From assembly GCF_006345805.1 (NCBI RefSeq), contig NC_042997.1, positions 167,958,001 through 168,022,000 of the forward strand: a stretch of 64,000 nucleotides of DNA. Direction: 5' to 3'. Position numbers and translations under genes: made by a program. This document shows, one piece after another, positions 61,450-64,000 of this stretch. The first letter of the stretch is position 1, and each line of letters starts with the position of its first letter. Under the pieces are notes generated by a model. That model was not told the DNA's origin. It did not search any database and was given only the letters and a program-made list of their open reading frames with translations. The stretch comes from Octopus sinensis. Taxonomy: Eukaryota.

Positions 61450-63419
61450 CTGAATTTATCATCTTCACATGCTGTTATCTTAAAGATTCAATTCAAACAT
61501 CCAAAATGAGCTTATGAGTATCTTGAATCATAATCATCTTAAATTATTTTGATATCTGCAACTATAAGATCAATGAAATATTTATAATTAATGCTGGACC
61601 TTTTAATCTGCACACAGTGCTCTACAGTTTAATCAAACATTTGAAGCATGGAACTATAAAAGTCAACTCCAAAACAGGATGAAGCTGAGAATTTATGCTG
61701 TGCATATTCAAGATTTAAACCATTTGATTGTCTATAAGCTAATTTGGAACTTTGTACATACTTTAACTTTGTAATAATACTACAGAGTTCTGATGAACCA
61801 AAAATTGTTGAGTTTTGTTTCTTGACTAAATTATGTAGTTTGTTTTTATTAACATAACAATCTGGCTGTGTTTCATTTTTAAAATGTATCTACATTGGTT
61901 TTGTGTACGAGTATTCACTTGTTAGATTATCAAAGCCATCTACTCATAGAATTAGCTTGTAAGATTTTGGACCTTCTGATGAATTACAGATACAGTTTGC
62001 TTTCACAGTTTGTCTACCCAATTTTACTGATATGGCTTAAGTTAACTTGAGGCTATGGTAAAAGATACTTGCCCAAGGCACTATGCAGTAGGATCAGCAA
62101 TCTGAAATCTAACGGCAATTCAGCCATGCTGCACTGTGTTGTATTAAGGAGAATAAACAGAGGTACTTCCTAAAGTAACTTTTTCTTGTATTAGTAATCA
62201 ACGGTCACTTGTACAAGCAGAAATTGCAGCATGTCTTCTGCAAGAAAAGCCTATTCCAATTACAAACAACTAATAATTCAGGTATAAGCAGCTGGCTAAG
62301 TCATAAGAGTAATTCTATTTATCCTAATCCAGCATCATGTTTACTGTAAGTAGGAGAGACTGAAGAATATTTTAACTTGCAATTGAGCCGATTATTTTGT
62401 ATGGACAAACCATCATATAAACTGGAATAAAGTTCAACTGGTTTCATCTTTCAGCAGTTTGTTCCTACAGTGGCTCTGCTCCAAGACATATAGTAATAAG
62501 TAGATGGTGGTGATGTAGGAAAATCTCAAATATTAATTTGCAGAGGAAAAAAGTGCAATGATATCATTAAAAGCTGATTGTTTTCAGTTTACCAGAGTGG
62601 TTTAATATGAATTAAAATCAGTCTTTTTGTTCAACCAAGCATTGCATCTCTATGGATCAGAAAGTTGGTAGTGTGTTCTTTTCTTCTTAGTGGTACAGTA
62701 GCCCAAACTGATATATATATATATATATATATAACCATTCCCACAACATTAGCAAAATTTTTGCCATCTCTACTGTACATGACAAGATTGCATCCATATA
62801 ATTCTTCCTTTGGCATGGCGTTAGGTAAGTTTATAACCATCTTAATATTGAAAATGAAAGGGTGATGAGCTGGCAGAATTATCAACAAATTGGGCAAAAT
62901 GTTTAGTGGCAATTCATCCAGCTATGTTCTGAGTTCAAATGTTACCAGGGTCAATAAAATAAGTACCAGTTCAGCACTGGGGCTGATGTAATTGACTTAC
63001 TGCTTCCCCCACAATTGCTGGTCCTGTGCCAGAATTTGAAATCAATATTATTAAACATGATTTATCTTAACCTTTTGAATTCTCACAGACCCCTTTCCAC
63101 TTGTATGATGATAAGGATGGTTGATTGAAATCAATGTGGTTAATGTTCAGTTTGAATTAAGTTAGTGGTTCAAGACTAGAAGCGATTCAGTGGAATGTAT
63201 TTTCTTCAGGGGAGGGTAGAATACAAGATTATTAGGGCAATGGTTTTTTTTCTTTTTCAGTTGCATGCCTTTCTGCCCAAATGTGATGTAGTAATGAAGC
63301 ATGCCAACCAACACAAACAGATATTTTAACTCTTAATCATAAGGTCATTAGTACAGTACATTGTCATACCTACTGTGATTCATAACTAATTACAGCTTAT
63401 GAAAGTCTTAAATAATCAT

Positions 63420-63806
63420 CGTGATCTGCCTCTACCTGGGATGTAGCCAGTCCACCTATGCATACCTTTCCTTCTTGGGACACAAAACTCTACTTGTGAA
63501 GACCTGTTGAGGCAAGTGAAAATCAAAATCGAAGTCGATCAACATCAATGGAAATTGTAGCTGTGATACCAGTGCCAGTGGCACGTAAAAAGCACCATCC
63601 AATCGTGGCCGTTTGCCAGCCTCGTCTGGCACATAAAAAGCACCCACTACACTCACAGAGTGGTTGGCGTTAGGAAGGGCATCCAGCTGTAGAAACACTG
63701 CCAGATCAGACTGGGCCTGGTGCAGCCTTCTGGTTTCCCAGACCCCAGTTGAACCGTCCAACCCATGCTAGCATGGAGAGTGGACGTTAAACGATGATGA
63801 TGATGA
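63420..63806 (+). mobile_element. RTE-related short element with (GAT)n tail
   Basis: Same modules as 24966-25466, with fewer GGCACGTAAAAAGCACC units. Confidence 0.85.
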
Positions 63807-64000
63807 GCAACATTCTTTCACAAGTTGAATGTAGAACTTTCCGTATGATCAGAACAATATATGGACACATTTACAGTGGCAAAAACACTCCATTTCTTTC
63901 ACATATATACACACACTTCAAAAAACAGAAATTGATATGTCAATTAAATTTAGTCTTGTAAGTATAAAAAATTATTTATTTATGATTTCTGAAAGCCATT

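Overview
AT-rich eukaryotic genomic DNA with GT-AG introns and a dense repeat load. The SINE/MITE families resemble those I recall from octopus (coleoid cephalopod) genomes; this is an inference, not a search result. Three spliced protein-coding genes were rebuilt exon by exon with consistent splice phases. (1) The last 6 exons of an axonemal inner-arm dynein heavy chain, DNAH3-like, + strand, 2-9322. (2) A 20-exon MOV10L1/Armitage-type SF1 RNA helicase of the piRNA pathway, - strand, 48489-18382, whose first coding exon is 1 nt out of frame in this sequence. (3) A complete 6-exon TSR2 (eS26 escortin), + strand, 53712-61449, head-to-head with MOV10L1. Introns and spacers hold several tRNA-derived SINE families, an RTE LINE fragment and its short derivatives, CR1-like and Ty3/Gypsy relics, piggyBac- and pogo-type MITEs, Helitron ends and microsatellites. 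The most unusual object is at 8711-9163: two copies of a tRNA-headed SINE-like element fused head-to-head. Each tail carries a minimal, Penelope-type type I hammerhead ribozyme motif, and the pair ends about 12 nt before the last dynein splice acceptor. Most entries in the ORF track are repeat-derived or read through into introns.
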